Source: Thermodesulfobacteriota bacterium (GTDB lineage Bacteria > Desulfobacterota > Binatia > Bin18). From it: a stretch of DNA of 64,000 nucleotides. The notes under the pieces are model-generated. The model ran no database searches. It was not told the DNA's origin and saw nothing but the letters and a program-made list of their open reading frames with translations. Made by a program: the position numbers and the translations under genes. The DNA lies in contig OZ219926.1 of the NCBI GenBank assembly GCA_964291405.2, forward strand, positions 3,552,001 to 3,616,000. Reading direction: 5' to 3'. Below, in pieces: positions 9,324 through 18,440 of the stretch; positions within the stretch are counted from its first letter, which is position 1, and each line of letters opens with the position of its first letter.

Positions 9324-9995
9324 TTAGCGGCAGACGGTGCCGTCGTTGTCGGCGTCGTGCATATAGATATAGGCCGGATGGCCCCGGCGCACCGGGGCGA
9401 TGCCGTGGCGGCGCGCTTCGGCGCAGGTGATGCGGCCATTGCCGTTATCGTCGTATCGCTCGAGTACGCTAGCCGGACGGGTCCTTGAGGGTCTCCGCTT
9501 CCTGACCCCTACACCCCAGAGGCCCAGGCCAGCCCGCTGGGCCTCGCGTTCATAGCGCCGGAAGCGGTCTCTATAGCGGAACGGGAAGCGTTTTATCAGC
9601 CTGCCATACCCATGCTGAATGAGCATCTCGTTGACAAAGACGCCGTTTGGCAGATGAACATAGGCCAGAGTGCGCCCGTACTTGTCCGTTCTCTGCTGGT
9701 CGTATTGAAGACGTATCTGCTTGCCTTCGACGAGGCGCTGCGTGAACGCGCGCGCCTCCTTGCCGAAGGGCGCGTCCCATTCGGGGGTATCGACCCCAAT
9801 GAGTCGGACTTCCCCAACGCCTCGAACCTGGAGTGAGTCGCCATCAATGACCTTATCCACGATTTGAGCCTGAGCGGGGGCTGATACGAGACAGGTCAAA
9901 ATGACCGTCAGGCTGAGCCAGACGCCGGACGCCGCCTTGTGCTTAGCCTGTGGGTTCGGTATGCCTGCTAATGGAAGAAAAGTGTTTCTGATCAT
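9324..9995 (-). CDS. Secreted thermonuclease (SNase-like) with C-terminal Excalibur calcium-binding domain
   Basis: [26 protein letters not shown] and GLGLW; C-terminus CAEAR...GHPAY...DADNDGTVC; signal peptide ending AQA. Confidence 0.9.
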   Translation of the reverse strand: MIRNTFLPLAGIPNPQAKHKAASGVWLSLTVILTCLVSAPAQAQIVDKVIDGDSLQVRGVGEVRLIGVDTPEWDAPFGKEARAFTQRLVEGKQIRLQYDQQRTDKYGRTLAYVHLPNGVFVNEMLIQHGYGRLIKRFPFRYRDRFRRYEREAQRAGLGLWGVGVRKRRPSRTRPASVLERYDDNGNGRITCAEARRHGIAPVRRGHPAYIYMHDADNDGTVCR

Positions 9996-10024
9996 AGGAG
10001 AATGACGAAAGAGGAGGTCGTCTT

Positions 10025-10861
10025 ATGACTCATCCCCAACCCGTTCGCGTTCACCTGATTGTCGGTGGGTTTCCGCCGGGCTCTCCGGCAGGGCACGATA
10101 TGGACTATGCCCGGCTACGGATTCTTCAGCTTTTACTACACGAGCAACCCAATGTCACGGCCTCGGTCAGCGGTGACTTCACCGACATCGATAAATGGCT
10201 GCCTGGGTGTCATTTGCTGGTGACCTATGTCGCCGGCCCGTTCCCCAACGAAACGCAAAACAGCTTCCTCCGACAGTGGCTCGAAGACGGCGGGCGTTGG
10301 CTGGGGCTGCACGGGACGAGTGGCGGAAAGGCAGCACCTGTGGGCAACGACCGACGCGTACGGAAAATGGTCAAGGCCGACCACCACACGACCCTGGGCG
10401 GTTTCTTTCTGAATCACCCGCCGCTGCGCAAGTTCCAGGTTGATGTGGTCAATCGGCAGCATGTCTTGACCAAGGAACTGCCCGCTTCGTTTGAGGTCAT
10501 GGACGAGCTGTATCTGATTGAACTCCAGGAACCAGAGGCTTCAGAGATTCTGTTGACCACCGAGTTGGCAAAAGACCCGTCCCCTTCGGGGTTTGGCTTT
10601 GTGTACGATGAAGACACCGCCCTGCAACCGGATGGAAAAACACGGGTGCTGGGCTTTACCCGAGCGTTGGGTAGGGGAGGGGTCGCCTATATTGCGCTGG
10701 GTCACTGCCATTCAACAACCAGTAATATGCAGCCGTTTGTTGATACGAGCGTCGATGCCGCGAGCACAACGCCTCAGGTCTTTCGCGGCTCGTGGGACAC
10801 TCAGCCATTTGAACAATTGCTCCGCAATGGAATCGAGTGGGGCTGTAGTCATAGTGCCTGA
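10025..10861 (+). CDS. ThuA-like domain protein
   Basis: GGRWLGLHG, LGGFFLNHPP, DELY and ALGH motifs; RBS GAGGAGG. Confidence 0.8.
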   Translation: MTHPQPVRVHLIVGGFPPGSPAGHDMDYARLRILQLLLHEQPNVTASVSGDFTDIDKWLPGCHLLVTYVAGPFPNETQNSFLRQWLEDGGRWLGLHGTSGGKAAPVGNDRRVRKMVKADHHTTLGGFFLNHPPLRKFQVDVVNRQHVLTKELPASFEVMDELYLIELQEPEASEILLTTELAKDPSPSGFGFVYDEDTALQPDGKTRVLGFTRALGRGGVAYIALGHCHSTTSNMQPFVDTSVDAASTTPQVFRGSWDTQPFEQLLRNGIEWGCSHSA

Positions 10862-11640
10862 TGCCGACGGTCGTGATACCAGCAGCGTTTTCGCTTGAGG
10901 GAAAAATTGCGCTGATTACCGGTGGGGGACGCGGGCTGGGCCTGGAAATCGGCCGGGCCTTTGGGCGGCATGGGGCTCTGGTGCTCGTCAACGGCCGCCG
11001 CCGGAACCAGCTTGAGCGGGCTCTGGCCGCCATTACCGACGAGGGGGGCAGGGCCGAGGCGCTGGTGTGTGATGTTGCCGACGAAGGAGCCGTATCTGCC
11101 GCCTTCCAACATATTCGAGCCACCTACGGTCGGCTCGATATTCTGGTGAACAACGTTGGCCGGCGCGACCGTCGAAAACTCTTTGAATTCGAGCTGAATA
11201 CGATTCGCCAGCTCATCGACGTGAACCTGCTTGCGCCTTTCAATATGAGCCGAGAAGCGGGCCGCCTGATGATTGAGCATGGCAGCGGGCGGATTATTAA
11301 TATCACCTCAATCGCCGGTCCGATTGCCAATAGCGGGGACGCCGCGTATACCGCGACCAAGGGTGGCCTTGAAGCGTTGACGCGAGCCTTGGCGGCCGAA
11401 TTGGGTCCGTCCGGTATTACCGTCAACGCCATCGCGCCGGGATTTTTTGCCACTGAGACAAACAGTGACCTTGTTGCGGACCGAAAAATTGCCAGCATGC
11501 TGAAACGGCGTACCGCGCTCGGACGGTGGGGCAAGCCCGCGGAGATCGCGGGGGCGGCGGTCTTTCTGGCCTCGCCGGCAGCCTCGTATATCACCGGACA
11601 AGTGCTGGCGGTCGACGGCGGCTACCTGGCTCATTTCTGA
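10861..11640 (+). CDS. SDR oxidoreductase (gluconate 5-dehydrogenase-like)
   Basis: TGGGRGLG, NNVG, YTATK and NAIAPGFF; TGATG overlap with the ThuA gene. Confidence 0.9.
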   Translation: MPTVVIPAAFSLEGKIALITGGGRGLGLEIGRAFGRHGALVLVNGRRRNQLERALAAITDEGGRAEALVCDVADEGAVSAAFQHIRATYGRLDILVNNVGRRDRRKLFEFELNTIRQLIDVNLLAPFNMSREAGRLMIEHGSGRIINITSIAGPIANSGDAAYTATKGGLEALTRALAAELGPSGITVNAIAPGFFATETNSDLVADRKIASMLKRRTALGRWGKPAEIAGAAVFLASPAASYITGQVLAVDGGYLAHF

Positions 11641-11729
11641 CGGTTGATTTTTTTCTCGCCCGCCTGGATAAAGAAAGGACGAGTTTGGGAACTGCGGCCA
11701 ATCGGTTCGGCAACATGGGAGGAAGAGCG

Positions 11730-12578
11730 ATGACGCTTCAGATTACGCCATTAAGTGATGCCCTCGGGGCTGAGGTGGCAGGTGTCGATTGGACACAGCC
11801 AGTCAGTGATACGACCGTCGCGGCCATTAAGGACGCCTTTTTGACCCATCACCTCGTGTGTTTACGCTCAGCACCGCTGACGCCGGCGGCCTTCGCCCAA
11901 GTCAGCCGGTATTTTGGTGAACCCCAAATCCAACTGCTGCGGAATATGCGGGTTGAGGAGGTCCCGGAAGTCTCGGTCTTTAACAGCACGTATAAAAAAG
12001 CGGAAGACAAACCGGCCGACTTGATACTCGACCGGCGCTCGGGCTGGCATACGGATGACTCCTATTTTGCGGTTCCGGCCCAAGTGACGCTCTTACAGGC
12101 TCTGGAAATTCCTGGACATGGTGGGGAAACTCGTTTTTGCAATGCGCGCGCGGCCTACGAAGATTTATCCGCAGAGATGAAGGCCCGCCTCGACAGGCTG
12201 CGTGCCGTTCACAGCTATGATACCATGCGTGCTCCGGCCCGAGCGATGAAGCGCACCAAGGAAGAAGCGGCGGAAACGCCGGATGTCGTTCATCCCTTAA
12301 TTCGCACTCACGATGAGACGGGCCAAAAAGCGATTTATTTTAACTCGAACCGGACTGACCGAATCCTGGAGATGGAACGGGAAGCAAGTGACGCGCTGCT
12401 CGATCAAATCCATACCCATATGACACAACCGCAATATCAGTATCATCATGCCTGGCAGGTCGGAGACGTACTCATGTGGGATAACCGGAGCGTGACGCAT
12501 TCGGTCAATATGGATTTTCCTCCGGGCCAACGCCGTGTCCATCAGCGTATTCTGCTCAAGGGCTCGGTGCCAGCGTAG
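11730..12578 (+). CDS. TauD/TfdA alpha-ketoglutarate-dependent dioxygenase
   Basis: LGAEV, WHTD (HxD), HPLIRTH and WDNRSVTH; GGAGG before ATG 11730. Confidence 0.92.
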   Translation: MTLQITPLSDALGAEVAGVDWTQPVSDTTVAAIKDAFLTHHLVCLRSAPLTPAAFAQVSRYFGEPQIQLLRNMRVEEVPEVSVFNSTYKKAEDKPADLILDRRSGWHTDDSYFAVPAQVTLLQALEIPGHGGETRFCNARAAYEDLSAEMKARLDRLRAVHSYDTMRAPARAMKRTKEEAAETPDVVHPLIRTHDETGQKAIYFNSNRTDRILEMEREASDALLDQIHTHMTQPQYQYHHAWQVGDVLMWDNRSVTHSVNMDFPPGQRRVHQRILLKGSVPA

Positions 12579-12630
12579 GGAGACGTGCAACCGCGCTCTA
12601 CTCTTTCTTTCTGTTCTACTCTTGCCTTGG

Positions 12631-12662
12631 AGGGTGGGTCTGTCGGACCCACCCTTTTTTTT
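12631..12662 (+). terminator. Rho-independent terminator
   Basis: 10-bp stem AGGGTGGGTC-TGTCG-GACCCACCCT followed by a T-run. Confidence 0.9.
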
Positions 12663-12714
12663 GTGTGGGCATATGGGGTAGGGTGACGCTGCGAAAGGCT
12701 GGAGTACAAACTGT

Positions 12715-13839
12715 ATGAAATTTCACGCGATTGCCTATTGTACGGTAGGAACCCGAAAAGAGCTCGAATGTGGCATGGCCGGCAAGCGACCCGAGCTCTA
12801 CCAGCGCATGCTCAAAGACCTCAAAGAATACGTCACGGTTTGTGATCAAGCTGGTTTTGAAGGCTTTGGCCACCCCGAGCATCATCTTCAGATCGAGGGC
12901 ATGGAAGCCACCGGCAGCCCCGGTTTACTGAGCATGTTTATTGGCCAGCACTCCACGCGCTTAAAGGTTGACGTGCTGGGCTATGTGCTCAACACTCACA
13001 ACCCTCTGCGCGTGGCGGAAGATGTAGCGATGATGGATCATATGCTTGAGGGCCGTCTGAACGTTGCCTTCGTGCGTGGCTATCAGGCGCGCTGGGTCCA
13101 AAATTATGGTAGCCTGCCCGGTGTCGAAGCCGTTGGCCACTGGAATAAAAAGCAAGCGTCCGATCTCAAAAACCGCAGAGCGTTCGAAGAGTCGGTCGCG
13201 GTCATCAAGAAGGCCTGGAGCACCGATACGTTTTCCCATCGTGGCGAGTTCTGGCAGTTTCCGCCCGAAGGCGCAAAAAATCCGCATCCCATGGAAGCGT
13301 ATACGCAGTTCGGCGCCGGGGTGAAGGATGACATGAGCATAGAAGAGATCGGCATCGCGCCACGTCCCTACCAGAAGCCCCACCCACCGCTGTATGCCGG
13401 CTTTACCCATAATACGGAATCCATTCGCTATTGGGGCCGGGAAGGTGGGAAGCCGATTATCATTCTGCTGCACGAGGAGTTATGTGCCCGCCTGCAAAGT
13501 GTTTATCGGGAGGAGGCGGAAAAGGCGGGCCGGACGGTACAACCCGGCACCGAACTGGCCTTAGGTGGTCAGCTCGTACTCACGGAAAATCCCTCGGAAA
13601 CGTCTCAGATCATGGCGGATACCCGCTGGTTCTGGGAAAAGTGGGGGATTCCGTTCGGACTGGGGGTTGCCGAGCCGTTGATCGGGGACCCGGACAGCGT
13701 GTCGCGCAAGATCGAGCTGGCCCAGAAGATCGGAACGGACGAAATGTTCTTCCTGCTGGGTGATGGGCTCCTGCCGCGGGATACCATTCTGCGCAGCTTC
13801 GAGCTCTTTGCCACGAAAGTGATGCCGCGTTTTGCCTAA
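12715..13839 (+). CDS. LLM class flavin-dependent oxidoreductase
   Basis: PEHH, NPLRVAED, GRL...RGYQ, PRPYQKPHPP and FATKVMPRF. Confidence 0.9.
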   Translation: MKFHAIAYCTVGTRKELECGMAGKRPELYQRMLKDLKEYVTVCDQAGFEGFGHPEHHLQIEGMEATGSPGLLSMFIGQHSTRLKVDVLGYVLNTHNPLRVAEDVAMMDHMLEGRLNVAFVRGYQARWVQNYGSLPGVEAVGHWNKKQASDLKNRRAFEESVAVIKKAWSTDTFSHRGEFWQFPPEGAKNPHPMEAYTQFGAGVKDDMSIEEIGIAPRPYQKPHPPLYAGFTHNTESIRYWGREGGKPIIILLHEELCARLQSVYREEAEKAGRTVQPGTELALGGQLVLTENPSETSQIMADTRWFWEKWGIPFGLGVAEPLIGDPDSVSRKIELAQKIGTDEMFFLLGDGLLPRDTILRSFELFATKVMPRFA

Positions 13840-13860
13840 GAGCGACAGAGAGAAAGCCGG

Positions 13861-14277
13861 ATGCACCAGCCTGATCGAGCCGGAGAAGCAGACGAATTGC
13901 GTTCGGCGTTCCCGCGTATTTACGATATTGCCCGGCAAATTCCCTACGGGCGGGTGGCAACCTACGGCCAAATCGCCCAAGTCATGGGACCACCGGTGAC
14001 TGCACGGGACGTTGGGGACGCCATGGCCGCCCTACGGGATGGACAGCCGGACCCGCCCGTGCCGTGGCAGCGGGTCATTAACGCCCAAGGCAGAGTGAGT
14101 ACCGGGCAACGTCAGCAGACTTTACTCGAACAGGAAGGCGTGGTCTTTACTGTCAAAGGCGTGACAGACCTTGGACGCTTTGGCTGGCAGGGGCCGGACC
14201 CGGATTGGGCCGAAGCGCATGGATTCCATCCCCTGAAAAACGCGAGTGAGGAGAAGAAACAGCTCGATCTGTTCTGA
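13861..14277 (+). CDS. Alkyltransferase-like protein (ATL/YbaZ, MGMT family)
   Basis: IPYGRVATYGQIA and PWQRV, with Trp in place of the MGMT catalytic Cys; LLEQEGV. Confidence 0.88.
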   Translation: MHQPDRAGEADELRSAFPRIYDIARQIPYGRVATYGQIAQVMGPPVTARDVGDAMAALRDGQPDPPVPWQRVINAQGRVSTGQRQQTLLEQEGVVFTVKGVTDLGRFGWQGPDPDWAEAHGFHPLKNASEEKKQLDLF

Positions 14278-14296
14278 GCATTGCAAGAGGAAAACG

Positions 14297-14689
14297 ATGA
14301 GCACATTCAACGTCGATTTACTCCGTGAGTCGTCCGACGACGGCCCGGTTACCATGATTAACCTGATCAAGTATCGAACACACTCGCTTGACGGCGACGG
14401 AACGGGCCGGGAAGCCTACGCTCGGTATACCAAACCGGTCCAGAAGCTCGTTGAGGAGCGAGGCGGACGGGTGCTGTGGGCCGGGCCGGTAGCCGAAGCT
14501 GCCCTGCAGGAAGGGGGCGATGTGGATTGGGACTGGGCGATCCTCGTCTACTATCCCAGTCGAGCCGCTTTCATTGATATGGTGGAAAGCAAGGAATTTT
14601 TAGAAGCGAACGAACATCGACGGAACGGGGTTGAAAAGCATGTTATCATGGCGGCTCGAACCCTGTTGCTGGAAAACCTGCCGGAATAG
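14297..14689 (+). CDS. DUF1330 family protein (long variant)
   Basis: GPVTMINLIKY, TGREAYARY, WD..ILVYYPSRAAF..M and HR..G; AGAGGA before ATG 14297. Confidence 0.8.
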   Translation: MSTFNVDLLRESSDDGPVTMINLIKYRTHSLDGDGTGREAYARYTKPVQKLVEERGGRVLWAGPVAEAALQEGGDVDWDWAILVYYPSRAAFIDMVESKEFLEANEHRRNGVEKHVIMAARTLLLENLPE

Positions 14690-14732
14690 TGAGTATCAGT
14701 AAGACCGCCAAACGAAGGACAAGGAGGATATT

Positions 14733-15191
14733 ATGGGTGAGGTCAAAATACCGGATAGTCTGCCAAGCTGGATTGCAGACCATTTGCAGCGCTACCTCGA
14801 TACGGATGGCGCTGACGGACATATGTGGGATTCCGCGCCGGTTGGTGGCCCAGGGCTCCTCCCGACACTGTTGCTGACCACAACGGGTCGTCGGTCAGGC
14901 AAGACAGGTATCATGCCCTTAATCTATGGCGAGGCTGATGGGAATTATATTGTGGTCGCGTCCAAAGGTGGTGCCCCCAAACATCCCGGCTGGTATCTGA
15001 ACTTGGCCGCCAACGAGGACGTTGAGGTGCAGGTGGAGGCCAGACGTTTTAAGGCCAAGGCACGAACCACCAGCGGAGACGAACGCGCTGTACTGTGGGA
15101 AAAAATGGCGGCCATTTATCCGCCCTATATTGACTATCAGGCCAAGACCGAGCGCGAGATTCCGGTGGTGGTGCTGGAGCCGGTGACGTAA
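14733..15191 (+). CDS. Deazaflavin (F420H2)-dependent nitroreductase family, FDOR-A/Ddn-like
   Basis: LLTTTGRRSG, VASKGGAPKHPGWYLNL and YQAKTEREIPVVVL. Confidence 0.92.
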   Translation: MGEVKIPDSLPSWIADHLQRYLDTDGADGHMWDSAPVGGPGLLPTLLLTTTGRRSGKTGIMPLIYGEADGNYIVVASKGGAPKHPGWYLNLAANEDVEVQVEARRFKAKARTTSGDERAVLWEKMAAIYPPYIDYQAKTEREIPVVVLEPVT

Positions 15192-15264
15192 TACGAACCC
15201 TCGCTGAATTCCTGCGAGGGGATATAAGCGTTCTACCAACCATCGCGTACAAGGAGGCACGCCA

Positions 15265-15726
15265 ATGAGTGACGAAATGCGTCGGGTTGTGGACGAAGCC
15301 GCCATCCGCCGGGTGATTGATCGCTACTGTCATGCGGTCGATCGTGGCAGCGCGGATGATGTGGCTGCGCTCTTTCATCCCAACGGGCGGTTAGTGGTCA
15401 GCATTGAAGAGAACGATGGCTATAATGGTCGTGAGGCCGTGCGTGAATGGTATGCGAACTACCATAAGCACTTCCGGGCCAAACTGACCCACCTCCGCCA
15501 TAAGATCTCCAACATTCAAATTGATCTGAACGGAGACGAGGCGCGGGTGGTATCCTATATGGACGCCGACCTCATCGCCAAAGACGAAACCACACCCCGT
15601 CAGGCGATTGGTCGATATGACGACCGCTTTGTCCGCGATGGTGGGGAATGGTACTTCGCCGAACGCGCGATTGTTGTGTACTACGCCGATGAGCGGCTGG
15701 CCGAATTGTTGAGCGCCGATTCGTAG
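15265..15726 (+). CDS. SnoaL-like/NTF2 family protein
   Basis: IRRVIDRYCHAVD, GREAV and GRYDDRFVR.GGEW...R. Confidence 0.88.
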   Translation: MSDEMRRVVDEAAIRRVIDRYCHAVDRGSADDVAALFHPNGRLVVSIEENDGYNGREAVREWYANYHKHFRAKLTHLRHKISNIQIDLNGDEARVVSYMDADLIAKDETTPRQAIGRYDDRFVRDGGEWYFAERAIVVYYADERLAELLSADS

Positions 15727-15731
15727 ACACT

Positions 15732-15768
15732 AAAAGGAGGATAGGTCGCCGGACCCATCCTCTTCTTT
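15732..15768. terminator. Probable bidirectional terminator
   Basis: Stem GAGGAT-A-GGTC / GACC-C-ATCCTC with GCCG loop, flanked by AAAA and TTCTTT, between convergent genes. Confidence 0.6.
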
Positions 15769-15785
15769 ATTAGAGCCCCCTCAGA

Positions 15786-16919
15786 TCACGTCTCTCCCAA
15801 ACCATACAAGCGCACGCAGTTCTCTACGACAATCGGCCGGGCCTCATCGGCGGGGACGGTGGCCAGATGTCTCTCCAAGAACTTCCGCGATTCGGGCCAG
15901 CTGCTGTCGAGATGGGGAAAATCCGACGACCACATAATGCGATCCACCCCAATGAACTCGCGCAGCATGACACCGGGCAGGTCATCAATAAACGTCAGAT
16001 AACAGTGCTCGTGCCAATACTCGCTAGGTAAGCGCTGACACTTGACCATGGGATCTTTCGCCATAGTGCGGCGATGATAGCCCCAGTCCAGGCGACCCAG
16101 AAAATTGGCGGCCCACGACAGTTCGTTCTCGGCGGAAATCAGCTTCAAGCCCGGATGGCGGTCGAACACGCCCTCCAGAATAAACGTACCGAACGCCCGC
16201 GCCATGCGGACCGGTAGAACCGCATAGCCGACCGCCGCGCTTTCTTCGCCCGTCTCATCCCGCGTCCAATTGGTGTTGGCATGGCCGGAGGCAATAATAT
16301 GAAGACTGAGCGGCATGTTGAGTTCGGCCAGCGTCGCCCACAGCGGGTCCCATTGAGCTGCCGAATAGCGTGAACCGTCGGGCGCATCTTGCGGCAACAG
16401 CGCCCCAACCAGCCCCTTCTCCTTGGCGCGTCGGCATTCCCGTATTGCCCAGTCCACATCAAAGACCGGTATGACGGCAATGCCGAATAACTCCTGTGGA
16501 TGGGTGCTGCAAAAATCGCTCAGCCAGTCATTATACGCCTGGCAGACGGCCTGCTGCAGGTCCGGGTCGGGGATGCCAAAAGCGCGCATAACGTAATTCG
16601 GATACAGCACTTCGGCATCCACTCCGTCCTGACGCATATATTCCACCCGGGCATCCGGGTGCCAATCGTTCGTGTCCGTGGCGTAGCGTTTATCGCCTTC
16701 TGCGGCCGCGGCGTAGGCTTTCTCTTTATTTTTTGCCACCGCGCCCATCGGACGTTTTGCGATATGCGACGGCATTCCCTCGCACACCCAGATATCTCCC
16801 GTAGGTTCCGAAATGACACGCGGTCCTCGGTCTTTATAGGCTTGGGGCAGATAGCGTTGCCACAGGTCAGGGGGTTCGATGGCGTGCGAGTCGGCCGATA
16901 TGACGCGATACTGTTTCAT
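15786..16919 (-). CDS. Amidohydrolase 2 family protein
   Basis: ISADSH..EPPDLW, DGVDAEVLYP, AYNDWL and WSSDFPH.DSSWP. Confidence 0.92.
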   Translation of the reverse strand: MKQYRVISADSHAIEPPDLWQRYLPQAYKDRGPRVISEPTGDIWVCEGMPSHIAKRPMGAVAKNKEKAYAAAAEGDKRYATDTNDWHPDARVEYMRQDGVDAEVLYPNYVMRAFGIPDPDLQQAVCQAYNDWLSDFCSTHPQELFGIAVIPVFDVDWAIRECRRAKEKGLVGALLPQDAPDGSRYSAAQWDPLWATLAELNMPLSLHIIASGHANTNWTRDETGEESAAVGYAVLPVRMARAFGTFILEGVFDRHPGLKLISAENELSWAANFLGRLDWGYHRRTMAKDPMVKCQRLPSEYWHEHCYLTFIDDLPGVMLREFIGVDRIMWSSDFPHLDSSWPESRKFLERHLATVPADEARPIVVENCVRLYGLGET

Positions 16920-17034
16920 CGTTCGTTCCTTCCTTCGCCTGGAAAATGAGGGATTCTCGATCTATTGAGGGCCACTCTACCCCATTGCCGTATGTCCATG
17001 TCAAGCGTTCGGCTTGGTCGGAGCCGGGTGTAGC

Positions 17035-17063
17035 TTGAAAAGGGCGCTGGAAGTTTCTATCTT
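17035..17063 (+). promoter_or_regulatory. Putative sigma70 promoter of the hydrolase
   Basis: TTGAAA-17 nt-TATCTT. Confidence 0.45.
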
Positions 17064-17090
17064 CCTGTAAAAAAGAGAAGGGAAGCAGAT

Positions 17091-17813
17091 ATGCCGATAT
17101 TCGAACGTGGCGAGACCAAGTTGTATTACGAAGAGCAGGGCACAGGATTTCCGCTCTTACTCATCGCACCCGGAGGGATGCGCTCCTCCGTGCCATTTTG
17201 GCAGCAAACCCCCTGGAACCCTATTGAGCAGCTTGCCCCCAGCTATCGCGTGATCGCCATGGACCAGCGCAACGCCGGCCAATCAACCGCCCCGATCAGT
17301 GCCGCAGATAGCTGGCATACCTACACGGAAGACCAGCTGGCGTTGATGGATCATTTGGGAATCGACGCTTTCCATGTGGCCGGTATGTGCATTGGCGGAC
17401 CTTACTGTATGGGTCTCATCCAGGCCGCGTCGCAGCGGGTTGCGTCGGCTATTCTCTTTCAGACGATTGGGCTGTCCGATAACCGCCAGGCGTTTTTTGA
17501 CATGTTTGACGGTTGGGCAGCCGAGCTGAAACCTGGGCGGCCTGACGTGAGCAACGAGGCCTGGGAGTCATTCAAGACAAATATGTACAGCGGCGATTTT
17601 CTCTTCAACGTCTCGAAAGAGTTTGTCTCCCAGTGTCAGACGCCGCTCCTGGTCCTCCTGGGGGACGATCTCTATCATCCGCAGGAGACCTCCCGAGATA
17701 TTGCCGCGCTCGCCCCAAACGCCACACTGGTTGAGCACTGGAAAGAGCCCGAGCATCACTCGGCTGCCAAGCAGGCGGTCGAGCGTTTTCTGTCTGAGCA
17801 TACTCCGGCATAG
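17091..17813 (+). CDS. Alpha/beta hydrolase with Cys nucleophile motif
   Basis: MDQRNAGQS, nucleophile elbow GMCIGG and DDLYHP. Confidence 0.85.
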   Translation: MPIFERGETKLYYEEQGTGFPLLLIAPGGMRSSVPFWQQTPWNPIEQLAPSYRVIAMDQRNAGQSTAPISAADSWHTYTEDQLALMDHLGIDAFHVAGMCIGGPYCMGLIQAASQRVASAILFQTIGLSDNRQAFFDMFDGWAAELKPGRPDVSNEAWESFKTNMYSGDFLFNVSKEFVSQCQTPLLVLLGDDLYHPQETSRDIAALAPNATLVEHWKEPEHHSAAKQAVERFLSEHTPA

Positions 17814-17862
17814 AGCAAATGATTGCCGGTGCAGGCTCCGATGTCGCAGGCAGGTTTGTCGC

Positions 17863-17891
17863 TTGCGTGTGCATTGAACGGCGGTTATGCT
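17863..17891 (+). promoter_or_regulatory. Putative sigma70 promoter giving a leaderless transcript
   Basis: TTGCGT-17 nt-TATGCT, then 7 nt to ATG 17899, which has no SD. Confidence 0.5.
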
Positions 17892-17898
17892 CTACCGC

Positions 17899-18138
17899 AT
17901 GGGGAGCGATTTTGAACTCCTCGGTGAACTAACGGCTATTGAAAGCATTGCGTCCAATCTATCCATTCGCGAGCGGCGGCGCTTGCGAGAACAATTCGGC
18001 GGACGGCGGTGGCGGAAGCTCAAAGGTATTGGCCGCGTACGTTTCCCCAACCACGAGGTTCGCTTGGCAGAGTTGCACTGGTATGAAGCCCATGGCGTCG
18101 GTCGGCGAAAGATGAAGGTCAAGCGAGTCTTAGATTAA
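17899..18138 (+). CDS. Small basic hypothetical protein, putative toxin
   Basis: 79 aa, 19 Arg/Lys vs 10 Asp/Glu, with WRKLKG and AELHWYEAHGVG. Alternative start at 17887. Confidence 0.75.
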   Translation: MGSDFELLGELTAIESIASNLSIRERRRLREQFGGRRWRKLKGIGRVRFPNHEVRLAELHWYEAHGVGRRKMKVKRVLD

Positions 18139-18149
18139 GGCTGCTAGAT

Positions 18150-18383
18150 ATGTCAACAGAGCAATGTGAATTCGCCATTTGCGTGACCAATGAAAGCTAC
18201 GAAGACCTGGAAGTATGGAAGGTGTACCAGGTCATTCCCGACCAGAAGGCAGCAGGGGTCGATTGCTTACGCGTAGTTGATGAATCGGGGGAAGACTATC
18301 TCTATCCGACGAGTCGTTTCGTTCGAGTAACATTCCCCGATGACGTACGTACTCGGCTGCTCGCGACGGCAGGGGGGAAATAA
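18150..18383 (+). CDS. Small acidic hypothetical protein, putative antitoxin/immunity protein
   Basis: 77 aa, 14 Asp/Glu vs 8 Lys/Arg, with LRVVDESGEDYLYP; starts 11 nt after its partner. Confidence 0.75.
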   Translation: MSTEQCEFAICVTNESYEDLEVWKVYQVIPDQKAAGVDCLRVVDESGEDYLYPTSRFVRVTFPDDVRTRLLATAGGK

Positions 18384-18440
18384 GTCTAACCTGACCTCCT
18401 AGGGATAGACGGAGAACAATTTTTCATCAAATCAGTCGGA

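Noticed and set aside
11526-11729. N-terminal extensions in the ORF track (also 21004-21141, 21839-22036, 29159-29272, 38098-38214, 39233-39448)
   Set aside because: They overlap neighbouring genes or promoters. Downstream ATGs, most with clear SDs, coincide with the family N-termini.
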